Shown: in pieces, positions 49,179 to 61,870 of the stretch | Layout of the letters: every line of letters begins with the position of its first letter | Position numbering within the stretch: position 1 is the stretch's first letter | Assembly (NCBI GenBank): GCA_030265395.1 | Contig: JARFYF010000074.1 | Coordinates: 75,673,830 to 75,737,829 of the forward strand | Length of the DNA: 64,000 nt | Direction of reading: 5' to 3' | DNA from: Rhina ancylostomus | Taxonomy: Eukaryota | Notes under the pieces: model-generated | Seen by the model: only the letters and a program-made list of their open reading frames with translations | Databases searched by the model: none | Told to the model about the DNA's origin: nothing | Program-made: the position numbers and the translations under genes

Positions 49179-50281
49179 CCTGAACAGATGTCTGCAACAT
49201 AGATCGCAGCCAAGGGCGTATTGGGATTTCCACATTTGACTTCACTTGGGTGAAAGTTCCAAACTTGCTGCCTTTGTCCAACAAAATCCAGACATCAAGT
49301 GGGGGCAGGGATACCGTGAAATTCACACAAGCTGTGTTAAAAGACGGAATTAAATTTGTTGATTTGAACCAGTCAGGAAGAACCATTCAACATTAGGATC
49401 GACAATTCCCATTTTAGGATCTCCTGAAAGTTTGATCACATGACATCTGATCTCTGCCTTTATTCATGTGTGTACTTGTTAAGGTTTGGAAAGCCCCCAA
49501 GTTGTGTATCTTTGCTATATGGATACACAACGCCAACTATTGTGTGAGAAATTTGCACAAGATGTAAACAAAAATCATGCTGGAGAGAGAAGAAAAACCT
49601 AAGATTTCCTTTGCTAAGGAGAAACCAGAACTATGAGGCTCTTTAATTCCACCAATAAATAGTGGTAATGCAATAAAATTACACAGATAACCAATTGTAA
49701 CACTGCTGACTGTCAGATTCCCCTTAAAGTAATACTTTAACTCACTCATACTCTATGTGTATTAGTAAGAGGAAAAATGCCTGATATTGAAGATATCACC
49801 AGTGGAAATCCAATGGTCCTGAAATGGTACTCTATTCTGTGAGACTCCTGCATATTCTTGGCATGTATGTAAGCACCTTAACGTGCGAACACAAATTTGA
49901 GCAGACCCTCATTCATTTACAGTGGAGTGTCTGATCCTGGCAGCCACTTGACTAATTTCATTGAGATGGGCTTAACACTCTGAAAGCACTCCCACTGCTG
50001 CCATTTGAGATAAATTGTCTCTTTGTTACTCGATTTATTTTTCATTCTTTTCTATTTACTTAGTCACCTCTGTTTTCTAATGCAATGTTTATTTTCATTG
50101 AACTCATTAAATACATCCGAAGTTCTGTTTCTTTGGCCATTAAGCTGAGGACTCTGGTCGTCGGGCAATGTGTGAAGCACCTTGAACTACGTTCTACCAG
50201 ACAGCGTTGAAATATCAGGCTTTTATCTCTTTACTGAGCACTGGTCCCTATTGAAAAGTCTGCGGCATTGCAAAAGAAGTT

Positions 50282-50617
50282 GATAAGATAAGATAAAATA
50301 TCTTTATTAGTCACATGTACATCGAAACACACAGTGAAAGGCATCTTTTGCGTGCAGTGTTCTGGGGGCAGCCCGCAAGTGTCGCCACGCTNNNNNNNNN
50401 NNNNNNNNNNNNNNNNNNNNNNNNNNNNNNNNNNNNNNNNNNNNNNNNNNNNNNNNNNNNNNNNNNNNNNNNNNNNNNNNNNNNNNNNNNNGGAAACCGG
50501 AACACCCGGAGGAAACCCACGCAGACATGGGGAGAACGTACAAACTCCTTACAGACAGTGGCCGGATTGAACCAGGGTCGCTGGTGCTGTAAAGCATTAT
50601 GCTAACCGCTACGCTAG
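50282..50617 (-). mobile_element. V-SINE with Rex1-type tail
   Basis: Head and V-domain closely match 44416 (ggaggaaacccacgcagaca..ggagaacgtacaaactccttac). The tail reads gatgtacatgtgactaataaaga(tatct)n on the minus strand. Confidence 0.88.
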
Positions 50618-51344
50618 TTGAACTGGAAACTGATTTGTGCCTTAAACTTTGCAATAGCAAACAGTCATTGCATGCTTGTTTCCGGCTGCAGGGAACGCAA
50701 GGGTAGAAGGGGTGGACAGAGCCAAGAAAGAGAAGGTTGTCAAGGGCATGATGGAGGCCTTGAGCAGGGTGGTGCTATGTTTGGTGGCCAGCCAGAGATG
50801 GGTGCTTTGTGGGGAGTGTTGGGGCCTGGGTTTTGGAAGTTGGGGAATGAGAACATTATTGGAGAGAGAATGGTGTGGAGGTAAGGGGAGCTTGAAGTGG
50901 GGATGTAATTAATCAAATGGAGAAGTGAAGGATTATTCAAATCTGCTCACTGTGAGTGTCTACAGCAGACATTACTTCGAGCAGTGTATGCTCATTTCAT
51001 TGGCAATGCTCCAAGAGCAGCATTACATGATGGATGGCATCATTCCATACACGAATGGAGTTGAAACTGTGTAAGATGGCAAGGGTGATATTGCGACTGG
51101 ATTTGACCAGTGGGATATCTGGGATGGTTGTGATTCTGTTCAGCTCCAGGGAATGTAGCATTGACAAAAGACAGCGCTGGGCATCTAAGTTTATCGGTGC
51201 AGTTGCAATGTTGAAATCAGTTCAGTACTGAAAATCCACAATAGAAAATCATTCTTGACATTTCTGTTCTTGCAAACCCCGCAGTGAATCTGTGGTACAG
51301 AATTTGGACCAGCACTCATTTAAGGAGGCCAATAGCTCTTTATG

Positions 51345-51531
51345 CAGCAACACACAGAACGCTGGAGGAACTCAGCAGGTCAAGCAGCATCTGTGGAGGA
51401 CTGTCCAGATGAAGGGTCTCAACCCAAAATGTCGACTCTCCATTTCCCTCCAGAGATGCTACCGGACCTGCAGAGTTCCACCATCATTTTGTGTGTTGTT
51501 CAGATTCCAACATCTGTAGTCTCTTGTATCT
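51345..51531 (+). mobile_element. Penelope-derived fold-back element with hammerhead remnant and TSD
   Basis: ~50-bp inverted arms at 51347-51400 and 51445-51498; central hammerhead-like motif. TSD ccaatag(c/a)t(c/t)tttatg at 51329-51344 and 51532-51547. Confidence 0.85.
51403..51436 (+). ncRNA. Degenerate minimal type I hammerhead ribozyme motif
   Basis: GTC CAGATGA A GGGT-ctca-ACCC AAAA TG TC GAC. Stems I and II are intact. It differs from CTGATGA..GAAA CG TC by three substitutions, two consistent with CpG decay. Confidence 0.65.
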
Positions 51532-52654
51532 CCAATAGATTTTTATGTTTGTGAGCCAATAGCATTCTAGAAATAGTAAATTAAAATAAATATAAATTGC
51601 AGCAATTTGAGGACCCACAGTGAGCACTCGGTGGCCACTGTGCAGCTGTTTGGTTTTTTAGATATTGTAGAATTACTTTATGACATGACCATCCAGCACT
51701 CACTGAACTGTTTCAAACTGTTGACAGCCTGGTCAATTGTGTGCAAAATAACCACATGCATAAATGCAGTATAAAATGTATTAACCTGTCATTTTTGTCA
51801 CCTTTGGGGTTTATAACACAACATGTCAATACGCTGAAGTTTTCTTTCTATCGTTGAATTGGAAATGACATTTTTTTTGCTTGAATGTGTTGTCAGTGAA
51901 AGTACTTCAGTAGCTGAGAGGGTCTACTGATTAGTGAGACTTGCAGGGGGAAGCCACACTCATTTGTTTTCCCGTACACAGCCTGAGGCATTTGTTGAAA
52001 TCTGAAAAATGCACTTTTTCAGGAGCCACTTTGTTAATTGGACTGTATGCATCAAGAATGGGTAATTTTTAATAAGCTCCATCTGAGTGAATCTTAAGAC
52101 AATTGCTCTCTGAATAGATTAAAAAATTCTGTCTGATATAAAACAGAACAAAAATTAATCACTGCTATTCACTGGAAACAATCAGGCAGCAAATGTCCAA
52201 TTATAGAGTTTAAAATCATATTGAACGGTTGTTGACATTAAGGTTATGACAGTCTTTGGTGTTTTCATCTCTTGCATGTGTTCTGAAGCACTGAAATGGA
52301 ATACTATCACTGAAGTGATTTCTGAAGATTCCAGTTGCTTTTGAGGCATCCATCTTAAATATACATTGATATTTCAATCGTTTCTTCCTGGGAGGTTTCT
52401 TCCCCCTGATATTCTTTTGTCAAAAACCTATAATGACTAGCAGAACTCATTCTCACTGCCTTGGTTTTCATGACTCTATTGACAGGTTCAAAAACTTGGA
52501 TTTTTGAAGCAACCTTTGAAAATAGAAATATATTACTGTTATTTATTATGCCACAAAAAAATGGACATAAGGCAGGAAGGGGCAAGAGTTATATTAGAAG
52601 GATGCAGTGGCTTCCCCCAGCACTCACTTACCCAGGCTAGAGGTAATCAAAGAT

Positions 52655-52943
52655 TCTTAGCATCATACAGCAATTGAAACATCTTCCAGCCCACATGTGC
52701 GCCACCTATCGAGCACACATTTATATTAATCCTGCACTGATTCTATTTAACTCTCCCTACATTAGTATCAACACCCCAGTCACTTGCACACAAGTGCAAT
52801 TTACAATTGCAATTAACTTTCCAACCTGCACATCATTGCGATGAGGGAGGAAACCAGAGCACCCAGAGGAAACCCACGCAGTACTAGAGAGAACATGCAA
52901 ACGGCATCCAAGGTCGGGACTGAACCCAGGTCACTGGTGCTGT
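52655..52943 (-). mobile_element. Older V-SINE (head runs into gap)
   Basis: gggaggaaaccagagcacccagaggaaacccacgcag; gggactgaacccaggtc. Confidence 0.8.
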
Positions 52944-53154
52944 NNNNNNNNNNNNNNNNNNNNNNNNNNNNNNNNNNNNNNNNNNNNNNNNNNNNNNNNN
53001 NNNNNNNNNNNNNNNNNNNNNNNNNNNNNNNNNNNNNNNNNNNNNNNNNNNNNNNNNNNNNNNNNNNNNNNNNNNNNNNNNNNNNNNNNNNNNNNNNNNN
53101 NNNNNNNNNNNNNNNNNNNNNNNNNNNNNNNNNNNNNNNNNNNNNNNNNNNNNN

Positions 53155-53470
53155 NGAGAGGCTGACTGCTAGAATATAAGGAATGTTGCAAATCAGCAGG
53201 ACCATCAGTTTGGAAGATATTGATTGGGCTTGGATATGACAGAGCAGCTGACAAGGTTTGGTAAGGACAAGGATGAGAGATTTGTGGAACTTAGTGCAGG
53301 TGCAGTTATGGGCTGTAGCATTGTGAATCAGATATAATTTCTGTGCACAGGATGCCATTATTGAGGTCATGCTTTTGGGCAGTTGGATGTGAATGAAGGA
53401 TTTTGCACCAGTCTCTGGCGAAGGGAAGGCAGAGGTGAGCAATATTTCAGGATCACTGTATTGCTGGTGA
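53155..53470 (-). mobile_element. Decayed L2 LINE ORF2 C-terminal fragment
   Basis: QKLYLIHNATAHNCTCTKFHKSLILVL resembles the L2 motif KLQLIQNSAARILTRTK...ITPVL. Confidence 0.55.
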
Positions 53471-54099
53471 AGAATCAATTGTTTACAGCTATGACCTCAT
53501 CAGATCACTGTTAAACTGGAGCATTCCAGCTCTGTCATTGGCCATGCTTGTGCTCAGTGTGGAATTAAATTAAATGGACCATGAAATGCACAGGTTGACT
53601 GTCCAGTCAGTTAAGAGTTGGTTGATATCAGCAGAGCTTTAATTCGCATATTCCAACAAGTCTCACCATCTTTGATCAGGAAGACACAAAATCATCGCAG
53701 GCTATTTTTCCTGTTGCAATGCAACTTCAAAATGTGCACTTGAGCCATTGGGTGGACAGAGGCTACGTCTTGGCTCTGTTATTGATAAATAAACTTTTAA
53801 ATCTTTGACATGAATAATGGCCTTTCATTTCACAGTATTTTTTTTCTACATGTATTCTTGGTTTCTGCAGATTTCTATAACATTTTAATATTTGTCTTTG
53901 GATTTCTATAAAAGCACAGCATTCCAATTAATAAAATTCAGCTTTGTGTTTCTGCTCTTGAAGAAAAATTCCCAGCAGTGGAGTTATTAATTACAGTGAC
54001 AGCATAACTAATTTTCCCCATGTAAGTGCCATTGCATATGATATTTATGAAACAGTATCTTTTTTTTAAATCATGTTGTTATCTATTATTTCTGTACAT

Positions 54100-54375
54100 A
54101 GCAGCACAGTCAGTAGAGCTGCTGTCTTACAGCTCTGGTGACCACGGGTACAATCCTGACTTCAGGAGCTGTCTGTGTGCAATTTACATGTCTTCCCTGT
54201 GACGTTTTTTTCAAGGTGGGTTTTCTCACGGTGCTCCGGTTTCCTCCAACATTCCAAAGAAGTGCATTGGTAGGTTAATTGACCACTGCAGATTGTTTCA
54301 GGTGCAGGTGGGTTGTAGAATTGGGGTGTGTCAAGGGAGACAGTGGAAGTGCAGACAGAATAGGTGAAAAGGGGA
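54100..54375 (+). mobile_element. Older V-SINE
   Basis: gtagagctgctgtcttacagc..gggtacaatcctgac head; gtgggttttctcacggtgctccggtttcctccaacattccaaaga V-domain. Confidence 0.8.
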
Positions 54376-55779
54376 ATTTAGTGGTGAATGTAATTTTACA
54401 CCTCCAGATGAGGTGTGACCTTGGAGCAGAGCAAACTGTGGAAATGCTCCAAATCTTCTTTTCAGCTCTTTCATCTCCAATTTGAATTCTAAAATGGAGG
54501 AGTGTTAATATCCATAACACTCTCACATACTGTCGGCCAGGCCCACAACCTGCTGTGAAATACCTTGATGTATGTTATTTGCATCCATTTCAGACTGTTA
54601 ATTATGCAATAATCTGTGCAAGCAGTTAGCCATTGACAAAATGTTAAAAATTTCTTGCCTCGAGCTTGAACAACTGCAACATGTACTGAAGGCCGAGAGT
54701 AGCACTTACTTTCCCTTTCCATACACAATTCAGCTAACAATACATTCTAAACGATGTACTCTGTTTGCAAATTCTGTGTTTTCCTTTCAATGTAGAAGGA
54801 AGCCAGGCATCTGTGCCAGCTCACAGAGCAATCCCATTCCCTCACTAATTTTCCCAGTGAACTATTCTCACCACGATGCATCTGTGTAGCATTGTTTATT
54901 ACTTATTCACTCTTGTGCTTGATCTTAGGTAAGGTAGCAATTGCAGAGAGTTAATATTTCTGACCAAAGACTCTTCGTGTATATTACCAATCTTTGTCTA
55001 GCCTCCCAAAATGTATTAACGTGGATTCATTAATACTGCATTGTATTGACCACCATCCATCCAGAAAATCATTTTATATGTTTTCCTGAAAACTTTCAAA
55101 GTTTTCACAGCTTGCTGAGCTTCCTCCTTCTATTATTAAATTTTGGGTTGTGCTTCTCGATTCACGTCTAAATCACCTGAGCACACGTGTGGGTTTAGAG
55201 CTGACATTGGGAGCGTCAGCTTAACAGCAATCCTTTGCTCTTTTTGGCTCGATCTATTCACAAAACACTCGGTGTTTGTTCTCACAGTCTGTTGCAACAG
55301 AAGTGACTGCATTATAATCCAGAAAAGGAAGCCTGACCAGCTTCCTCTTCTTCAGCATGAGGACACTAGCACAACTTGTCATGGGTATGCAACTGGCCCA
55401 GCTCATATGGTCCAATTCAGTGATTACCTTGGGGCCTTCCTGTAACCTGTTGCTTTACGTTACAACATCTGTTGAGCCACTGGGGAGCCTGAAAATTAGA
55501 GTTTTAATTTTTGTCTCCAAAGAATGGAAGAGCAAATTTAGAACTTTGCAGTTAACCAGTCCGCATTGCCCCACTTTCTGATATAGAATTCAGCTGTGAA
55601 GGACAGGGCGACATTTTTCTTGTCATTGAGAACCCTTTCATATCAATGATTCGACTTGCTCAAGTTGCTCAAGGGGAGGAATCCAAATGGTGGTAACTGA
55701 GTCATCACCATTTTTATAAATATATTTTGAATAGTTTTATATCTGAGGCTCCAAATAATGTTCTCTTTGTGTGAACTCT

Positions 55780-56085
55780 TCAATGATTTTGTTGTCCATC
55801 CCAAATTGCTCCAGGATTTGAGTGGCTCACTGCTCTATTGGTGGGTCTGGAGTCGCATGTAGGCTAGACTGGTAAGAGTGACAGATTTATTTCACTCAAA
55901 ATATTTGTGAACCAGGTGAGCTTTTATGACAAATTTTTAGTGTCATAGTCACCAGTAGGATATTAGCATCTTCATTGCAGACTTATTTACTCCAAGTACT
56001 CAGATTGCCATGGTGAGATACAACCACTTGTCTCTGGATGAATTGTCCGGGTCTCTGGATACTGGTCCAGTAAGTTAACCACACG
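55780..56085 (-). mobile_element. SINE type C
   Basis: gtgggtctggagtcgcatgtaggctagactggtaag..cagattt..gtgaaccagg body; head ctggatactggtccagtaagttaaccac. Confidence 0.75.
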
Positions 56086-57324
56086 TGAGGTGCCTTTGAT
56101 TCGCGTTTGTTCAGGTTGGGCCTTGAGGATAAACTTTAACAATGTGAAATAAGCCAGTCAGAATGTTCAGAGTATGCTGCTACATTAGGGCTATGTTCAC
56201 CCTGCTTCAGGACCTGATCTCTAAATAAGTTCTTTCTCTCTTTTAATCAAAAATATGAATGAATGCACATGTTTTCCAAAGCAATATAATTTACAGGAAC
56301 ATAAAAACAAATTGCTTTTGTTCACCATTCACAGTGATAGTTGGATTTTGACTGCCGACTGCAATTGATAGAACATACTCCTGTTTGTAAAAAAAAAAGT
56401 GGCTTTCATAATTTATTTGACTCTAATCTCGTTGAAGAAATATCCCATTTATAAGTAGTGCTTGGAAGCAGTCGCTTTTTATGAAAAATGCAATGTTTTT
56501 GTAAAGTCCAACAACACCATTCCTTGTCAAAGTCAATGAATGTGTTAAAGTGCACAAGCTTGGAGGGAAATGTCTTTGCTTTTTTTCTAATCTCTGAAAC
56601 AAATTCTGTGATCTTGCACCTTGATTATTATATGTGTTCCATACTGTGACAGAAAATAGCAATTAGTTAATAGTTTGCAGAATGGGCTGTTGCTATTTAT
56701 TCTGCACATCACGTCACTCACTGCACAAGGTTGCAAGCTTTTTCAGGGTATTGGACAAATACATACTGCTGCTTCATTCCAGCAATGCACCTTCTTTCTT
56801 TGGTCATTTTTGTTATTCTTTGTAATTGAAATTCTGTTTAACAAGTGTGCAGAAAGATTATTTCTTATACAATTGATTTATCATGCTTTTGCCAAGGATA
56901 GTTTGTGTCTTTAATGCGGATTGCCTCTTTGGTGGTTTAGAGATATGAATTAATTGCCATTGTAGTGGTTATCAGTGGTAAGCAGCATTAACACTTTTTT
57001 AATATAAAAAATTATTTCCATAAGGAGATGTTCTGACATATGTTCCCCACATTACAAGGCCTGGATAGGGAGAGTAATAAAACAAATGAGTTGCATTAAG
57101 TTGCAGGTGTGCAATCTTCAGAACCGAGACACAAACAATAGAGGTAATCTAATGCTCATCCTGATGAACTTTTATGAGTCCAGGGTTCGTTTTAAATCCA
57201 AAGCCCAATAAAAACCACCATGTCTCTAGATGGGCCGAACAGACTTTGGCACCTGACAAGAGCACAAACTCAATCCACTGAGACACCAATTATTTGAATG
57301 TATTCTTCAAGCCGATATGTGCAG

Positions 57325-57500
57325 TAGATGTTGAAAAGATAAGAACAGAAAATGCTTGAAACACACTCTATGTCAGGCAGCACCTGTGGGGAGAAGAACT
57401 GAGTTGGCATTTCTGGTGAAGGAATATGTCCTTGTTAAAAGTTGTTGACATTGCCTTTTGTTGATGTGCTGCATGCTGCAATGGGCTGAAATGTAATTAT
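57325..57500. mobile_element. Decayed Penelope-derived fold-back element
   Basis: aacagaaaatgcttgaaacacactctatgtcaggcagcacctgtggggagaag matches the family arm; the second arm is heavily decayed. Confidence 0.55.
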
Positions 57501-59044
57501 CTTTGGCCACAGTGAACATAACCACCAGCCAGCCACTGCAGAATAACACCCACTGTCTCTGAGTGTCCATGTTCACATACTTTGGTGATTGGATTGAGAC
57601 ATTAATGCTGGACTGCGTTATCCGGCGTGAATCCATCAAAACCACGAAGCTTTCTAAGTTATGTGTCGTTATACATGGCAGTGGCTTAGCTTCCACGCTT
57701 TAGTAATGAATCACAAGAGTGAATAATTTATATTGTTGCATACCCTGATGCTGGGCATTCAGGTCAGGATATCTGATAATTAGTAAGTACTCCATTCCCA
57801 CAGTGGAGACAAAGTTGCAAATTATTTTCATACTTATAAAGATTTGTTAATATTTTAATTTTTTTTCATCATACAAATTAGGACAAGAAAACAAGATTTC
57901 ACTGAAAAAGCATAGGCGATAAAATGGCTCTCCATGTGTTTGGAGTGCACCATAGCTCGGTTCATTAAAAATGTGTTGTGCAACATTTGATTTGCATGCT
58001 AATGAAATGCCTAATAAAAAATTATGCACAGGAAAATATTTAGCAGAGGCTCCAGTTAAGATGCAACTTTCCTTTGTCTCTTTTTATTACTTTTGTATCT
58101 TTTTAAATGCTTTTATTCTTATTCAACCGCAATAAAAATGTGATCACAGCATTGAAATATGGCTGCGATGATTACCTTTCAGTTTGATCCATAATCTGGA
58201 AAGAACATTTTTAAATTCAGGATGTAATCATTATAAACTGTGTTGAGATTGCAGAAAATAGAAAGGCTGAAACTGCTATTTTCAAATTTAAACTTAAAAC
58301 AATAACAAGAACCTGCCCTGATAAACAAGATTTTGTGAACAAAGCACTCCACTGTAATTTGAATGCTAAACATGTAAAAACTCATTTAGAAGTTTTTGTT
58401 ATGTGTTTAACATTCAAGGAAAGAAGAACGTTGCTTTGTTTTTAATTTCTGGTTTGTAATTAATGAAGCAATAACAGCTGCTGTGTCTTGTCACTTCTTT
58501 CAGCTGCGTTAGTTAGTTCTTCAGAGAAAATGAAAATCCCCTTCTTTGCTTTCAGCTCTGAAGGAATTTTTCAGGAACCAGGCTGAAATGGGCTCTATTT
58601 GTGGTGGGCCTTGTTTGAGAACCCCTCAATGTTGAATGAAAGAAATACCATAACTCTGTCTGAGTGAACAAGTAGGAGGTGATGTCTTTGTGTTGCCGAA
58701 GGCAACAAGTAGAGAATGAGTAAGAAGGTGAGATCACTCACTCTGGGAATGTGATTGGTTAAATTAGGATCAACATCTCACTTGAGATCCTTGATTTCCA
58801 GTTGTTTCTGCACACCAAAATAAATGATATAAAGATATGCTACCAGAACCAAAGTTGCAGTGTAAATTGAGATTCAGCCCAAAAGCAAGTCTTGAATAAT
58901 GGTTGCTTGAGACTTGATGGAAGAGACAGTCGACTCACTGTTTGAACGATCTGGCAGGCATGAAGTAAGACTCTCATGCTGTTTCAACTTCGCTTAAAAT
59001 GTTCTTGGCTGGTTTCTTTGAACAAAATAATTTTTACAAAATAA

Positions 59045-59298
59045 TTCTTTGGAAAAGTGTACAAAGCCAGATTCTGGCAGATAGCTAATGTCATATCTCT
59101 GTTTAAAAAGGGAGGTACACTATGTCCTGGGAACTATAAACAATATATCTGAGGCAGGAAAAATAATGGGATCCTTACGAAAGGAGAGAATAGAACATCT
59201 AAAAATGAAAAGTCCAACCATGAGTAGTCGTCGTGCAGTTCGAAAGGGAAATCTTACACAACTAACCTGACTGAAATTTTTGAAAAGTAAGTGCAGAG
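59045..59298 (+). mobile_element. CR1 ORF2 internal fragment
   Basis: WQIANVISLFKKGG..PGNYK; GKIMGS; ..TNLTEIFEK resemble WRIANVTPLFKKGG..PGNYRP..CLTNLIEFFE. Confidence 0.8.
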
Positions 59299-59305
59299 CC
59301 TATTA

Positions 59306-60560
59306 TGTGTTATATACCTTAAAGAACAATGCGTGCCAAGTGGTATGACTTTTGATACATTGTTATATCAGTCATCACTATCAGTGGGGTATTGTTCCTC
59401 ATCAATCACAAATGTTTGGCTTGACTCTCTGTCCTACTTACAGATCTAATGGCACAGAAATAAAGTGAGAAGTCTATAGGCTCCACATTGGTGATAAGGA
59501 TGGGATATTATCGCTGTGGATATAGCAAGGCAGTTACTGAGCTAAAGGAAAAAGCGAACGGGACTCTTGAAAGAGTGATAACGATGGCAGTGTTTAAACA
59601 TTGCAGGTATATTGGTGAGTTGGAGAAGTATGGGAAATTGTAGCTGTTCATTCTGTAAATGCAGTTGGGTAGATGTGTTCCTGAGAGCAAATAGTAGGAC
59701 CAGACAAGTGCAGAGAATGGACCAAATGCAACTAGCTGTGAAAAGAGGAAGGCAACACTTCTACCAGTCATGGAACCGGAGGTGTCTGTGAGTTTATTCA
59801 TGTCGCAGACCATGCACAATAGGACACATAAAGATACTGTGAGAAGAGTGATGGGACATTTTAAACCAGAACCTTCAATGATCTTTGAAAGTTACATATT
59901 CAGTTAGTAAGCCAGGCATGAGAAGAGACAAGGGAGAAATTTGTGGTCAGATTGAAGATCTGGCTGAAAGGTGCAGTCTTCAGACCTTTGAAGATTGGTT
60001 GGTGCAAGAATGTCCGGTATGCCAGCTGGCAAATGAGAGGATCCAAGCAAAGCTGTGTGACATTTCGGATGTAACATTAAGGGGGCATGTGGAACAGCCA
60101 CCAATTTGGATAGGCAATGGCCATTGGGCAACAGTTTCCCTCAAGCTATAACTTGGAGGTGTAAGCAGGGAACAAAACCACAGGGATGATCACGGAGGTG
60201 TGTTCTTCCCCTTTGAGGTTGAGTTGCATTGATGCTGCGAATACCTGTGACAGAAAAGCAGTCCGTCTCTTGAGTACCACAAGTAAGAAGGCCGTGGCTC
60301 AGGAGGGAGGATAATACTCAAAACCTTGCTGTGGTTGTAATGGCTGGCAGCCGCCCAATCTTGGAACACCCGTGCAAGTTGAATAGGAAGGGCACATCAC
60401 ACTGATGTGCAGATCCTTAATAAAAGGCAACTGTTAGAAAGGTCTGTAGTGCTCCTGTGCCTTGTGTACTGAGGGTAAAAGGCAAGGACGGTTCCGAGGG
60501 AGCACTATCCACGTGCTGGAATTTGGAGAGTGAGGAGATGGAGTCATATGTGTTAAATGG
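59306..60560 (+). mobile_element. Gypsy/Ty3 LTR retrotransposon remnant (5' LTR, PBS, gag)
   Basis: TG...CA segment at ~59306-59487 with AATAAA; PBS at 59489-59506. Gag-like peptides KRKATLLPVMEPE, HFKPEPSMIFESYIF, LAERCS..VCQLANERIQAKL..SDVTL; zinc-knuckle remnant KGHITLMCR at ~60390-60413. Confidence 0.8.
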
Positions 60561-60679
60561 AATTTAATGTACACCTGCAGAGAGTGTTAGCAACAGTACA
60601 TTGGCGGCCTGGTTATTAGTCATCAGCAGCGTGCTCTTTGCCTGTAAATCGCAGGACACTGGGAATATCTGAAGCAATT

Positions 60680-61870
60680 TTCATTGAGATAGAATCAGTT
60701 GGTATTGACTACTGGAAAGATTCTGTAGGCTGTGAGGAAGATGGACTGTTGGGTTTCCACTGGAGATAATTGGGTTCTGTTGCTTTTCATGGTGCTGGTC
60801 TGGAGCTGTGTCCTTCCATTCGTGGCACTGATTGAATGAATTCACTTGAGCAACTGCGTGCTTCAAAGAATTGCAGTATTGGATAGCGTCAAGATCCTGG
60901 GACACTCAAGCTGTGCGGTTCATTGGCCCTGCCCAAGAAGACCACTGGTCAGGTGGGTTCCGGAGGCACCATATTGAGAGCTCACACCAGGACTTGCAGT
61001 TACAGCTTTACCAAAGTGGCCAGGGCAGATGAGAAGTCAATAGCCACTGGACTGACAAGTGAAAGTAAGCTTCAAGAGGCAAAGATGGTGGGGATCGGCG
61101 ACTCTCGCTTGTGGAAAATATTGAGTGAAATGGCTTGACGACAACACAGCATATCAGTTTATCACCTTCCATTATCCCACCAGATTCCAGCATTCGTACA
61201 ACTGTTTGTCTGAGGTATAGTTCTTTGGTGTAAGTTGGTTGGAATGTAGGTTTTAGAAACGTACTAACAGCAAACAGCAAACTCTCATATATTTATTCTT
61301 TGATAACATGATTATGTAGGATGATTTGAGAATGCAAATTCATTCTTTTTATGTCTCTTGGTCTCTGAGTGAAGTGTCCTGGAGTGCAAACGGTAATTGA
61401 TGAGCTTTTTGAGTCAGGATACGGTGGAGACAATGATCTTGCTCTCTCTGAATAATGAAATTAATCATAGTCCAAAGTAGCGAGCAGTTCAAAAGTGGTC
61501 AATGTGATTGCTTTGATGATGGAAGACTGCCAGGTCACCAGAGCATTAGGATAATGGATGTGCTGTAGGTGACTCACCACTAGCAATCCAGAGGTGCAGA
61601 TCTCACAAGTCTTTACTCATTCAACATGAGCATGCAAGGGAGAATCTCTGGGAAAAGAGTTTCAAATTGTCAGAGAACACTGCTTTATACACAGTTGAGG
61701 CCACAATAGGTTTCTGTTGCCTCAATCAGACCCTGTCCTTAGGACATCTGTGACTTCTGGTTCTCATCCATCCAGCCCACTTTCATCCTTATCTCCCAAT
61801 TCTCGAGGTAGCAAAGCAATGAACATCCTGGTGCCCAATGTTCTTGTCCAAATGTCCTTGGGCTGTCTGT
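60680..61870 (-). mobile_element. Possible very old RTE LINE fragments
   Basis: Weak peptide echoes: IALLPRELGDKD (like TALVARELRRYD, ~61790-61825) and CCVVVKPFHSIFS (like GCVIAPTLFSIF, ~61112-61150). Confidence 0.3.
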
